In this document: positions 1-10,379 of the stretch, piece by piece
How the letters are laid out: every line of letters begins with the position of its first letter
Numbering within the stretch: the first letter of the stretch is position 1
Source of the DNA: Nitrospirota bacterium
GTDB lineage: Bacteria > Nitrospirota > Thermodesulfovibrionia > Thermodesulfovibrionales > JdFR-88
DNA: 64,000 nt
Direction: 5' to 3'
Assembly (NCBI GenBank): GCA_021813765.1
Contig: JAKAJM010000001.1
Coordinates: 3,230 to 67,229, forward strand
The notes under the pieces: model-generated
The model's input: only the letters and a program-made list of their open reading frames with translations
Told to the model about the DNA's origin: nothing
Databases searched by the model: none
Position numbers and translations under genes: made by a program

Positions 1-125
1 GCTACGCCCGGGGGCTTTTTCTTTTTTTCTCCCCCGGCCCGTTCAAAAAAATTCAAAGGGCCGGGGCGTTAAAAGCTGTACGGCTTTTAAAAATTCAGAA
101 AAGATAAAAAAGACAGATTTCTGAT

Positions 126-1592
126 TTGAGCTTTTCTTCTATTCCAAGGCTAGTCATAGCCGGGTTGAGCGGCGGCTCCGGCAAGACTACCCTCAGTCTT
201 GGCCTGGTGCGCGCCTTCAAAAGGCGCGGACTGCCGGTGCTTGCCTTCAAGAAGGGCCCCGATTATATAGACGCCGCCTGGCTGGGCGCCGCGTCCGGCG
301 CGCCATGCTACAACCTGGACCCATTTCTTATAGGCCGCCGGAACATCCTGCCGTCTTTCATCAGCCGCTCGGAAAAAGCGGGTTGCGACATAGCCCTGAT
401 AGAGGGCAACCGCGGCGTATTCGACGGCATGGACCTGAAAGGCTCACAGAGCACGGCGACGCTGGCGGAGATGCTTAAGTCACCCGTTATCCTCATAATG
501 GATGCCTCCAAGATGACCCGTACTGCGGCGGCGATCGTCCTTGGGGTAAAGAATTTCGATCCCGGGCTTGAGCTCGCGGGTGTTGTCCTGAACAGGGTGG
601 CAGGCGCAAGGCACGAGGCCATGCTCAGGCGCTCCATAGAAAGCTATACCGGCGTGCCCGTCCTGGGAGCGCTGCCCAAGCTGAAGGAGGCGGGGCGTGT
701 AATCTCCGAAAGGCACATGGGCCTTCTGGCCCATCAGGAGCACCCTGAGGCGGAAGCCGCCCTTGAAAGGGCGTGCGAGCTGATAGAAAGGTCCGTTGAC
801 GTCGAAGGCGTGCTAGCGGCCGCCCGCAAGGCCCGCAGGTTGCGGATGCCGGGCGCCAGGGCCGCCGGAGAGGAAAATAAAGGGAAAAAACGGGGCTCCG
901 GGGCCGTCATAGGCGTGATACTGGACCGGGCCTTCCAATTCTATTACCCCGAAAACCTTGAGGCGCTCGAACGGGCCGGCGCAAAGCTGGAGATGATCAG
1001 CCCCCTTTCGGAAAATGGGGGGAAGGCATGGAAAAAAATCTTCTCCGGGATACACGCCCTCTACATAGGCGGCGGGTTCCCCGAGACAAACTCCCTGCCG
1101 CTGTCTGAAAACCGGGGTTTCATCCGCGCTCTTAAGGAAAGGGTGGAAGCAGGGCTTCCGGTGTATGCGGAATGCGGCGGGCTCATGTACCTGTCTGAAA
1201 ATATCCAGACGGAAGGCTCCAGGCACCGGATGGCTGGAATTTTCCCCTTCGGCATGGCGCTTGAAAAGAGGCCGGTGGCGCACGGCTACAGCATCGCCAG
1301 CGTCCAGGCTAAAAATCCTTTTTATCCGGTAGGGACGGTGCTTAAAGGGCATGAGTTCCATTATTCAAGGCCCTCAAGGACCGGGCAAAACACAAAAAAG
1401 GGCGGCAGAAGCGGGCTGCCTGCAGCAAGGCTTGTCCTCAGGATGGAGCGTGGGACAGGCATCGAGGGCGGGATGGACGGGCTGGTCTACAAGAACGTCT
1501 TTGCCACCTACACCCATACCCATGCCCTGGGCACCCCCGAATGGGTCCAGGGGATGATACGGGCGGCGCAAAAGTTCCGCCTCTCTCTTTAG
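126..1592 (+). CDS. cobyrinate a,c-diamide synthase family amidase (CbiA/CobB/DsrN; possibly siroheme amidase DsrN)
   Basis: GGSGKTT P-loop, KGPDYID, IEGNRG, ERHMGL, glutaminase half with YAECGGLMYL and GHEFHYS. Confidence 0.9.
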   Translation: MSFSSIPRLVIAGLSGGSGKTTLSLGLVRAFKRRGLPVLAFKKGPDYIDAAWLGAASGAPCYNLDPFLIGRRNILPSFISRSEKAGCDIALIEGNRGVFDGMDLKGSQSTATLAEMLKSPVILIMDASKMTRTAAAIVLGVKNFDPGLELAGVVLNRVAGARHEAMLRRSIESYTGVPVLGALPKLKEAGRVISERHMGLLAHQEHPEAEAALERACELIERSVDVEGVLAAARKARRLRMPGARAAGEENKGKKRGSGAVIGVILDRAFQFYYPENLEALERAGAKLEMISPLSENGGKAWKKIFSGIHALYIGGGFPETNSLPLSENRGFIRALKERVEAGLPVYAECGGLMYLSENIQTEGSRHRMAGIFPFGMALEKRPVAHGYSIASVQAKNPFYPVGTVLKGHEFHYSRPSRTGQNTKKGGRSGLPAARLVLRMERGTGIEGGMDGLVYKNVFATYTHTHALGTPEWVQGMIRAAQKFRLSL

Positions 1593-1909
1593 CGGCCTCC
1601 CTTTCATTGTGCGGGCCCGGCCCGTTGCATCCATTCGCTTTCAGGCCGCAGATCCCGCCATGCTAGCGCGAAGAGAAATTATTGCTCAAAAAGAAACGGG
1701 CGGAACGGCCTGATATAATCTATCTCAGGTAAGGTCTGCCCGCTCAATTCTTTTTTTGTTTTGTTTTTTGACCTGTACTTGCGTGCTTCCTCTTGAAGAA
1801 GAAACCCCTGGCCGCAGCCGGATACGCAGCCGTATCAGCGGAAAAAGAAAACCGGCATGGAAGCATCGACCGCAAAAAAATAAAAAATCCAAAGCAAGGA
1901 GGAAGGAGC

Positions 1910-2542
1910 ATGAGGAAAAGGCTTGGAATTTACATCTATAGCGGGGCTGAAGTTATTGACTGGGCCGGGCCTGCGGGCGTATTTGCGGTTGCGCGCAGGA
2001 TGGACCCGGAGCTGGATGTCTTTCTGGTAGCGGACTCGCTTGCGCCAGTTATGACAACCGGCAACCTGACCGTGTCGCCCAGGTACAGTCTGGACCAGAA
2101 GCCGGATATGGATGCGTTCCTCATTCCGGGCGGAATAGGCTCGCGTGCGGAAATGCACAACGGCCGTCTCATTGATTTCATCAAAAACCTTCCTGAAAAG
2201 ACGCTCCTGGTTAGCGTTTGCACAGGCTCCTGGGTTTACGGCAAGGCGGGCCTTCTGGACGGGCTTCAGTGCACGAACCGCAAAAATGCAGACCCGGGCG
2301 AGAAGATCGTTCCCATTGACCGGCTGGCGGAAATAGCCCCGAAATGCATAATAGACCGGCACCGCATAGTGGACACCGGGCGGATACTGACCGCCGGAGG
2401 CATAACCTCCAGCCTGGAAATGGGCTTCCATCTCCTGGAACGGTTCGGCTTCGACGAGTCTTTCGTCAATATGGTTGCCCACATCATGGAATATGAAAAA
2501 CAGTGGGGCCTCATGAAAGAAGACCGCCTGGTCGTATCCTGA
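1910..2542 (+). CDS. DJ-1/PfpI family protein (isonitrile hydratase-like)
   Basis: E-x-x-D-W-x-GP N-terminus, IPGGIG, SVCTG nucleophile elbow, TAGGITS; start moved to ATG 1910 behind an AGGAGG SD. Confidence 0.85.
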   Translation: MRKRLGIYIYSGAEVIDWAGPAGVFAVARRMDPELDVFLVADSLAPVMTTGNLTVSPRYSLDQKPDMDAFLIPGGIGSRAEMHNGRLIDFIKNLPEKTLLVSVCTGSWVYGKAGLLDGLQCTNRKNADPGEKIVPIDRLAEIAPKCIIDRHRIVDTGRILTAGGITSSLEMGFHLLERFGFDESFVNMVAHIMEYEKQWGLMKEDRLVVS

Positions 2543-2769
2543 AAAGGCAGACGCGGCTTGCGCCTGCGGGCGGTTTGGAGTAGGATTTCGGCATGGTAAT
2601 TTTTAGGCTCTTCCCGATCTTGTGCAGGTGCGCTTTTAGTCATGCATGACCGCATCTGCGTGGCCCGTTTGTTCGGTCGCCCGGCCCCAAAAAAGACACT
2701 GCTTTTCGGGGACCCCATTAACGGTTCCTGGCGTATATAGAACGTCCGGGTATTAAGCCCGCAATTGGG

Positions 2770-2872
2770 AAAGCCTCATTCAGCCGTTATCCGTCATTCC
2801 GGCTTGTCCGGGATCCCTATGGAGGATTCCAGGCGCGCTGACGCTTGCGGGAATGACAAACCGTGAGGCTTT
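2770..2872. repeat. REP-like palindromic doublet
   Basis: CGTCATTCCGGCTTGTCCGG and CGCTTGCGGGAATGAC cores inside AAAGCCTCA/TGAGGCTTT inverted ends; same cores as the elements at 12658, 25622 and 54652. Confidence 0.75.
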
Positions 2873-3073
2873 GTTAACTCAAAGTTTAGTAAGGGTGTCT
2901 TCAGGGCGAAGCGGCGGGCAGCCATCGGGATGCAGGCATTTGCCATCAGTCCGCTTTACTCCCTCACTTAAGGGTACGCGGAGGCCAATTTGCACGGGCT
3001 GGAAATCACTGCCATCAACACACAAGAAACCCAGAAGAGCCAATTTTTAAAAGGGGGGGAGGCCTGAATCGCC

Positions 3074-3760
3074 ATGGAAAACCGGCCGCTAACGCGTAAG
3101 GTGCAGCTTTTGGAGCTGCTGGTCTTTCTGTTTCTCATCCTGCCGTCGCTTGTGCTTTCTTTTTTCATTGCCAGCCGCATTGCCGGTGTCAGTTTTCTTT
3201 TTCTGTCAGGCTCCATAATCCTGCGGGACCTTGCCCTTTTGTTCCTGGTGCTGTATTTTGTCTGGCGCAACAACGAGCATTCGGCCGCGCTGGGGCTCAC
3301 AGCCAGAGACCTGGGGAAGGAAGTCAGCATAGGGGCCCTTTTGTTCATACCTCTTTTCCTCTTCACCTCCGCCATGGTGGGCTATCTGCACAGGGCTGGC
3401 CTGTCCGCCCCTCCAAACCCGCTTCCCTTGAAAATAGAGGGGACGGCCCAATTCGGGATAGCTGTTCTCATGGTCGCCGTGGCGGCTTTTGCAGAGGAGG
3501 CCATCTTCAGGGGTTACCTGATGCTGCGCCTGGGGGCGGTCACGTCCAGCCCGGCCGCTGCCGTGATCCTATCCGCCCTGATCTTTACCTCGGGGCATGG
3601 CTATGAGGGCCTGGCGCAGGTCCTGGCCGTTTTCGTTGTGGGCCTGGTCTATGCCCTCGTCTATCTGTGGCGCAAAAGCCTGGCCGCGACGATCACGATG
3701 CATTTTCTGCAGGATTTCATAGGCATAACCCTTATACATCTGATGAAGCACCATGCATGA
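3074..3760 (+). CDS. CPBP (CAAX/Abi) family intramembrane metalloprotease
   Basis: multi-TM protein with EEAIFRG, FTSGH and HFLQD motifs. Confidence 0.9.
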   Translation: MENRPLTRKVQLLELLVFLFLILPSLVLSFFIASRIAGVSFLFLSGSIILRDLALLFLVLYFVWRNNEHSAALGLTARDLGKEVSIGALLFIPLFLFTSAMVGYLHRAGLSAPPNPLPLKIEGTAQFGIAVLMVAVAAFAEEAIFRGYLMLRLGAVTSSPAAAVILSALIFTSGHGYEGLAQVLAVFVVGLVYALVYLWRKSLAATITMHFLQDFIGITLIHLMKHHA

Positions 3761-3865
3761 TATGCCTTGCCATAAGGCAAACATTTGTATGCGTGATGAG
3801 TTTGACTTGCCCGGCAGATATTGCTAGCATTTTTTTGTTGATGATAAATTGCCTGAGGTATTAAA

Positions 3866-4108
3866 TTGGCGGATGTGAAAATCGATAAGACAATCGATGC
3901 CCGTTGCTCCCTGGGATGCCCCGGACCCCTTATGGAACTTATCTCGGCTATCAAAAACGAAGAAATCGGGACCGTTATCGAGCTTCTCTCCTCGGAAAAA
4001 GATACGAGCGTGAGCGCTCCGCAATGGCTGTCTAAGGCTGGACAGGAACTGATAAGGGTAGAAGAAAAAGGCGGTTATTGGAGCATAGTCGCAAAAAAGG
4101 TAAAGTGA
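3866..4108 (+). CDS. TusA/SirA family sulfur-carrier protein
   Basis: 80 aa, IDAR...CPGP motif, TusA-like C-terminus; TTG start with GAGG SD. Confidence 0.85.
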   Translation: MADVKIDKTIDARCSLGCPGPLMELISAIKNEEIGTVIELLSSEKDTSVSAPQWLSKAGQELIRVEEKGGYWSIVAKKVK

Positions 4109-4284
4109 AATCTTCCGCCTGAAAAACTTCCTGCCGGAAAAACACATATAAAAAGCGGTTGCCCGGGCACTGATACAATCCTTTTCAGGGCCGAAAGGGA
4201 AAATGGATTTTTTTTGCCGGGATCAAAAAGAGCGCTCTGACGGTACTGTTGAAAACTCCGCCTTCTGCCGATTAAAATTTGAAT

Positions 4285-5175
4285 ATGCGGGTAGTGGTTG
4301 TCTGCGGATTGCTTGGAGCGGGCAAAACGACATTCATACTTAACAGACTCAAGGCGCCTTCCGCCAAAACAGTCGTCATTGTGAACGATTTCGGGCAAGC
4401 CGGCATCGACGGGGAGGTGCTTTCAGCCGGAGGGTTTCAGGCCGTGGAGCTCCCAAGCGGATGTATCTGCTGCACACTTGCATCCGACCTTATTACCACC
4501 ATAAAAAAAGTGATCGGAAGGTTTTCCCCCGAGGAATTGATAATCGAGCCAAGCGGGATCGCCTCACCATCGGGCGTGCTTAATTCCCTGGATGCGCTTT
4601 CGATAAAGGACGTGACGGTCATAGGAATTATAGACGCCACTGAGTTTCCGGAAATATACGAGGCAGATTTTTACGGACCTTTTTTTAGGGAACAGGTCAG
4701 CCTGGCGGATATTCTTGTTATGAATAAAACCGATCTGGCGTCCGCTCAGGAAATTGCGAAAACCGAGCAGGTCCTTGGTCTGATGAATCCGGGCGCGCCG
4801 GTCCTTCGGGCCGTTAAAGGAGCGGTCCCGGCTGGCCATTTTGCGGATATGCGGTCCGGACTGAACAGGAAAAACAATATGCTTTCATTTCTCGGGCACT
4901 CCCGGCACCTTGATTTTGAATCTGTTTCGCTTGAACTGGGCGGCCATATAAGCCATGGCCGCATCTCGGCTTTTATGGATGAAATCAAGAGAGGGTTTTA
5001 TGGGGATGTGGTCAGGGCCAAGGGGCTCCTGAACACGGAGGAAGGCGCTTTTAAATTTGATCTTTCTTACGGGAAGGTCAATGAAACAAAGCTGGAGAGG
5101 ACGGTCGAAAGGAGCCGTCTGGTTATCATCGGGACAGGACTTAAAAGACCACAGATCAAGGCGGCCCTCAGTTGA
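4285..5175 (+). CDS. CobW/COG0523 family metallochaperone GTPase
   Basis: GLLGAGKTT, VNDFG, GCICC, IEPSG, NKTD, C-terminal VRAKG. Confidence 0.9.
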   Translation: MRVVVVCGLLGAGKTTFILNRLKAPSAKTVVIVNDFGQAGIDGEVLSAGGFQAVELPSGCICCTLASDLITTIKKVIGRFSPEELIIEPSGIASPSGVLNSLDALSIKDVTVIGIIDATEFPEIYEADFYGPFFREQVSLADILVMNKTDLASAQEIAKTEQVLGLMNPGAPVLRAVKGAVPAGHFADMRSGLNRKNNMLSFLGHSRHLDFESVSLELGGHISHGRISAFMDEIKRGFYGDVVRAKGLLNTEEGAFKFDLSYGKVNETKLERTVERSRLVIIGTGLKRPQIKAALS

Positions 5176-5534
5176 TCGCCAAGTATATATTTTGTGTGGC
5201 TGCACTTCTTTGTCATGGCTGCATCTGCCCGGCCCTTTCGTCCGTCCAGGCGGTTTTTCCCCGGGTATGCAGACGTTTCCGGTAAGGCGTTTTCAGGGGG
5301 CGAATAGGCAAGCGACGGTCAAGATGCGGCAATTTGGCATCCGTCCGCTTTCTCCCTTCTCAAGGACCGGGCAGATAGCAAAAACCCTATGCTCCCGGAA
5401 AAAACCTGGTGTTCTGTTCCACAGAAATTCCCGAAGAGCCTGTTTATTTTTTGGCGATTCAGATTCCTGCGGGTAGACTGCCGGGATTTCCAGCGAGTAC
5501 AGCCCACGGTATCTTATTTTCTTCCGTACATTTT

Positions 5535-6623
5535 TCAGACACGTGAATAAGTGATAATGTCCTTCTGAAACTCTTCGATGATCTCGTCAGTCAGAGACGG
5601 GCGGATTTTTGGCAGGATCTCGATAAATGTACTTGTAGTAACTTCATAGTTCTGCCTGTTTCGGAGTTCCTGCTCAAAAGCGAACTGCGCCACCTGCTGC
5701 ATGAGATATTCAATATCGGCGGGAGTGAACCGGGCGGTCATTTTTACAATTAGGCCCAGATCCATGTTTGCAGCATTTATATTGAGCTTTGACATCAGCT
5801 GCTCCAGAATGATCCTTCTGCCGTCCTCATCCAGGCCGCCGACGGGGATGATGCAGTCGAACCTTCCGGGACGAAGCAGCGCGTCGTCCAGTAGGCGTAT
5901 ATGGTTGGTGGCACATATCAGCAATACCTTGTTGCAATGATTTTTCAATAAGGGGACCTGTTTTAAAAATTCATTGGTAATGGACTTGTCGATCCTGTTT
6001 GCCTGGTGCCTGCTGGTGGCCAGCTCCTCGAATTCGTCTATGAAAACCACGGCCTCGTCCAGCGTGCGCGCCTTTTCCATCACGGCGTGCAGATTGGTGC
6101 CTATCCTGTCCACTCCCTCCGCCATGAGCATGCTGGGCAGAATCTCTATATACCACCAGGACAGCGTGCCGGCGAGGGCTTTTGCGAAATGGGTTTTTCC
6201 GGTGCCGGGAGGCCCGAAAAAAATGATGGTCTTTGGCGGGGTCACGCCATGTTTCCTGGAAAGGCCCTCCTCTTTCAGGGGAAGGATTATTCTTCTTTGG
6301 ACGAGCTGTTTCGGGGGCTCGGATTCGGAAATGGTGCTCCATATCGCCCCGCTGATCCTTTGCGCTCCCATGTCAGACAATATGTCTTTTCGTCTGTAAT
6401 CCATATATTCCCGGAGAGCCTGATCCTGGTTTTCAAGAAAGTCGATGCACGCGGTCCTCAAGCCGGTGTCCCGGCCGAGTTTTTCAGACATCAGCCACTT
6501 GTGCTTCAGTATTTTTTGCCACAAGTCAGCCGCGATTTCGGGTTCGAATCTGGCTCCGCTGATCTCGAAGATTTTATTGGCGCATTCCGCTGGTGACAGT
6601 ATCGCAGGCAGTGAATTTTTCAT
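5535..6623 (-). CDS. AAA+ ATPase (classic clade) with N-terminal DUF4032-like domain
   Basis: GPPGTGKT, VFIDEFE, ATN and DALLRPGRFD second region of homology; N-terminal HKWLMSEKLGRDTG. Confidence 0.85.
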   Translation of the reverse strand: MKNSLPAILSPAECANKIFEISGARFEPEIAADLWQKILKHKWLMSEKLGRDTGLRTACIDFLENQDQALREYMDYRRKDILSDMGAQRISGAIWSTISESEPPKQLVQRRIILPLKEEGLSRKHGVTPPKTIIFFGPPGTGKTHFAKALAGTLSWWYIEILPSMLMAEGVDRIGTNLHAVMEKARTLDEAVVFIDEFEELATSRHQANRIDKSITNEFLKQVPLLKNHCNKVLLICATNHIRLLDDALLRPGRFDCIIPVGGLDEDGRRIILEQLMSKLNINAANMDLGLIVKMTARFTPADIEYLMQQVAQFAFEQELRNRQNYEVTTSTFIEILPKIRPSLTDEIIEEFQKDIITYSRV

Positions 6624-6763
6624 CAGTTATACCTCTCAAAAAACGGTTCCAAAACAAAAAATCAGGACAGAGCGGGTTCCGGGTTCGCCGATTGAGATAA
6701 ATTGAAAAAAGTGCAGGAACCAGATGCTCTATCCCGATTCTTGTATGTACATCCCTGAACTAA

Positions 6764-6792
6764 AGGCTAGTAAAAAAGCCAGCCCCTGTCAA
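6764..6792 (-). promoter_or_regulatory. sigma70-type promoter for the AAA+ ATPase gene
   Basis: minus strand TTGACA-17 nt-TAGCCT. Confidence 0.55.
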
Positions 6793-6925
6793 CGTCGAAT
6801 GCCTCACGGATTTTTATTTTCATATCATGTGAAGGCATAAAAAGAAACTATTGCAGAATTAGGCAAATGCGAAAATACGCGGAGCGAGTTTGATGGAAGA
6901 TTTTTTCCGTTCGAAAGCCCCGTAA

Positions 6926-7522
<597 letters not shown>

Positions 7523-7643
7523 TGAATTACAGAAATTCCACTGCCATATAAGCAAGCGATTTGGCGAAGATGAAATAGAGATACGGTTTGTACATTCAAG
7601 CGATTTTGAGATAGGTCCCAGTGAACGATTTAGCGTACCGGGA

Positions 7644-7853
7644 GTGAAGATGCTGAACAGGTGCAAAAACAGGGACGGCGGAATCTTTGAGCCGGGATGC
7701 GGCGACGGCAAGTGGGAGCGCACACTTATAATCCTTTATGGGAAACCGCTTGGCAGCGAGGGCAAAGATGTCTATCATTTGTGCATCGAATGCGCCCAAA
7801 AAATATCGGAGCGAGCGAAGGCCCAGGGACACTGGACAAATTTCTGCGGCTGA
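7644..7853 (+). CDS. hypothetical Cys-containing small protein (start uncertain)
   Basis: CxxC (CIEC) and further Cys; frame stays open upstream to 7509. Confidence 0.3.
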   Translation: MKMLNRCKNRDGGIFEPGCGDGKWERTLIILYGKPLGSEGKDVYHLCIECAQKISERAKAQGHWTNFCG

Positions 7854-8052
7854 AAATTTCTTGCAAAAATCCGCCTGCAAAACCTGGCGCAGCTTTCCTC
7901 CGCACCTTTACTCGTCCAATTTAGCCTGAGATGGCCTCGTGAGGCTTACGGTTTTCTTTTGCAGTTTGAGGAAAGCAGCGGTTTGCACGTTAAAAAAACA
8001 ATCGATCTTTCCATAAGAAAATTCAAGTGTGTCGTTGTGTTATGGTAAAGAC

Positions 8053-8976
8053 ATGCCCGGTTCAGACGCGCTAAAACTCTTTAGCTTGCCTTTTTATGCG
8101 ATGGGGTCCGCTTGCATATTACACCTTTATGCCCGCCCTGAAGAAGGCAACAGGATCGCCAGAAACGCTGTTTCGGAGGTTCTGAGAATAGAGGCGCGAT
8201 ACTCTAGGTACCGCGCTGACAGTGTTTTGTCTGAAATCAACAGGGCAGCGGGAAATGGCGGCAGCATTGCTGTGGATGAAGAAACAGCCCGGCTGCTGGA
8301 TTACGCGTACTCCTGTTATCAAAAAAGCGGCAAATTGTTCGACATCACTTCCGGGATTTTGCGGAAGGCCTGGGATTTTTCATCAGGGCGTCTGCCGGAA
8401 CAACAGGCAATTGATGAGCTGTTGCGATTTGTAGGCATGGATAAGATTGTCTGGGAGCCTCCGCGGCTGACCTTTACGGCTCCGGGGCTGGAGCTGGATC
8501 TCGGCGGCATCGGCAAAGAGTATGCTGCCGACAGGGCGGCTGAAATCTGCAGGGGCCACGGCATAGAGCATGGGCTGGTAAACCTTGGAGGCGATATCCA
8601 CGTAATTGGTCCCGGCCCTTCCGGCCAACCATGGCTTATTGATATAAACCACCCGAGAATGCCGGAGACATCAATTGCCTCAATTGCCATAGAACGGGGC
8701 TCCCTGGCAACCAGCGGCGATTATGAGAGATATATGGAAGTGAATGGAAAGCGCTATTGCCATATCTTAAGCCCTTTAACCGGATGGCCGGTTTCCGGAC
8801 TGTCTTCAGTCAGCGTGGCAGCCGGTCAGTGCCTGGTGGCAGGCAGTATTTCCACCATGGCCATGCTTAAAGGGAAAGAGGGCATCCATTGGCTCACGAA
8901 TATAAATGCGCCGCACATATGGATGGACGAAGATGGAAATAAAGGAGGCACGATGCCCTCCCCCATCTCATTTTGA
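8053..8976 (+). CDS. apbE: FAD:protein FMN transferase
   Basis: AMG, SRYRADS, FDIT, LDLGGIGKEYAAD, NLGGD, ATSGDYER, HILSP. Confidence 0.92.
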   Translation: MPGSDALKLFSLPFYAMGSACILHLYARPEEGNRIARNAVSEVLRIEARYSRYRADSVLSEINRAAGNGGSIAVDEETARLLDYAYSCYQKSGKLFDITSGILRKAWDFSSGRLPEQQAIDELLRFVGMDKIVWEPPRLTFTAPGLELDLGGIGKEYAADRAAEICRGHGIEHGLVNLGGDIHVIGPGPSGQPWLIDINHPRMPETSIASIAIERGSLATSGDYERYMEVNGKRYCHILSPLTGWPVSGLSSVSVAAGQCLVAGSISTMAMLKGKEGIHWLTNINAPHIWMDEDGNKGGTMPSPISF

Positions 8977-9019
8977 TCGTGCCTTTTTCGCCTTTCGCTT
9001 CCGCTAAAAAACAAAAAAA

Positions 9020-9241
9020 TCAGACGTACTTGTTCACCAGCTGCCCTGTTTTTTCATCCGGCCCGGATTTGACCAGTGCATTCAGGGCATCAAGGCTGCT
9101 GCTGAGGGTCTGTGAAGGTGTGCTTCCCAGGGATCTCGTGTTTTGATGGTGCCTTTGATGGACATTCGATGTCCCTTGCATTTTCGCGCTGGCCCCTGAC
9201 CGTACTTTGGGCATACCCGCACCGCCAACCGCCATACTCAT
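9020..9241 (-). CDS. small low-complexity protein with YjfB-like C-terminus
   Basis: strong AAGGAGG SD; ends TGQLVNKYV. Confidence 0.55.
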   Translation of the reverse strand: MSMAVGGAGMPKVRSGASAKMQGTSNVHQRHHQNTRSLGSTPSQTLSSSLDALNALVKSGPDEKTGQLVNKYV

Positions 9242-9557
9242 GCCAAGCCTCCCTTTGAAACATACGGCATATGTTTATAAAAAGTTACGTCCATCAATCT
9301 TATGGCCTTTAAGCCTCTTATCGTATTTTTATGCTATAAACTTTAATTATGCTAAAAACATCGAAAAATCAGCAGTTTACCCCGCCACCGATGGTTTTTT
9401 GTTGGAGTGCTTCGCGTATTTGAAATTGTAAGGTGCGGAGTCCCGGAGAAAACCGATTCCCGCGCAGCAGTAAGGAAGGCGCATGCCCCCTTTTTTTGTT
9501 TTACAATTTAAAATCGGGTGCGGAAACAAACAAAGTCCGATATTTTAAAATACGTTC

Positions 9558-10226
9558 ATGAACCTTTGGAATAAAGCTTTCCTTTATACGCTGCCGGGCA
9601 ACGTCATCAGATCTTTCCGGGGCCGTAAGCTGCTTTTGCACTTGCTAGCCATAGGCCTCACATATGTGATTGTCGCTTCAGGCTTTGACTGGAGATATTT
9701 TGAAATCGTAAGGCCGATTTCCAGGTATTTCTTCCCGGCGGTCATTTTAGGCTGGTATGTGCCCATGATATTTCCCATAGTCCTGTTCCTGGCCGGGCTT
9801 GTCTATAAAAATCAGAGGACTGTCTACACTGCCTATGCAACCGCGCAGGCAGCCATAATCGGTCTTTTCATTGCTTCATTTTACAAGGCTTTCACAGGAA
9901 GGCCCGGCCCCGGGCACCTTATGGGCCCGCTGGCCAATGCCAGCAGGGAGTTTCGTTTCGGTTTCCTGAGAGGAGGAGTTTTCTGGGGATGGCCGTCTTC
10001 ACACACTACCGTTGCATTCGCCATGGCAATGTCTATTTGGATGCTGTATTCCGGTAACAGGAAAATTCGATGTGCCGCTTTACTATACGCCTTTTATATA
10101 GGCATAGGCGTTTCCATGACAATTCACTGGTTTTCGGATTTTATTGCGGGAATATTCATTGGATCGGCCATAGGGACCACAGTCGCCAGCACGTTCAAAA
10201 GGCTGGCCCGCTCAATTTCCCCTTAG
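9558..10226 (+). CDS. PAP2 family membrane phosphatase
   Basis: KAFTGRP, PSSH and HWFSD motifs, several TM segments. Confidence 0.85.
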   Translation: MNLWNKAFLYTLPGNVIRSFRGRKLLLHLLAIGLTYVIVASGFDWRYFEIVRPISRYFFPAVILGWYVPMIFPIVLFLAGLVYKNQRTVYTAYATAQAAIIGLFIASFYKAFTGRPGPGHLMGPLANASREFRFGFLRGGVFWGWPSSHTTVAFAMAMSIWMLYSGNRKIRCAALLYAFYIGIGVSMTIHWFSDFIAGIFIGSAIGTTVASTFKRLARSISP

Positions 10227-10379
10227 CGCCGGGATTCTCTCTGGAAAGACCATTTATTCAGGTTGGCTTCAGCCCCGCCATATTTTCGCAGAGTCAATAT
10301 CTTCAGAACAATCGGTTGAAGCGGACGGATACGTATACTACAATGTAACTGTTTATACGTCGCTATGGTGGGAGCTGCA

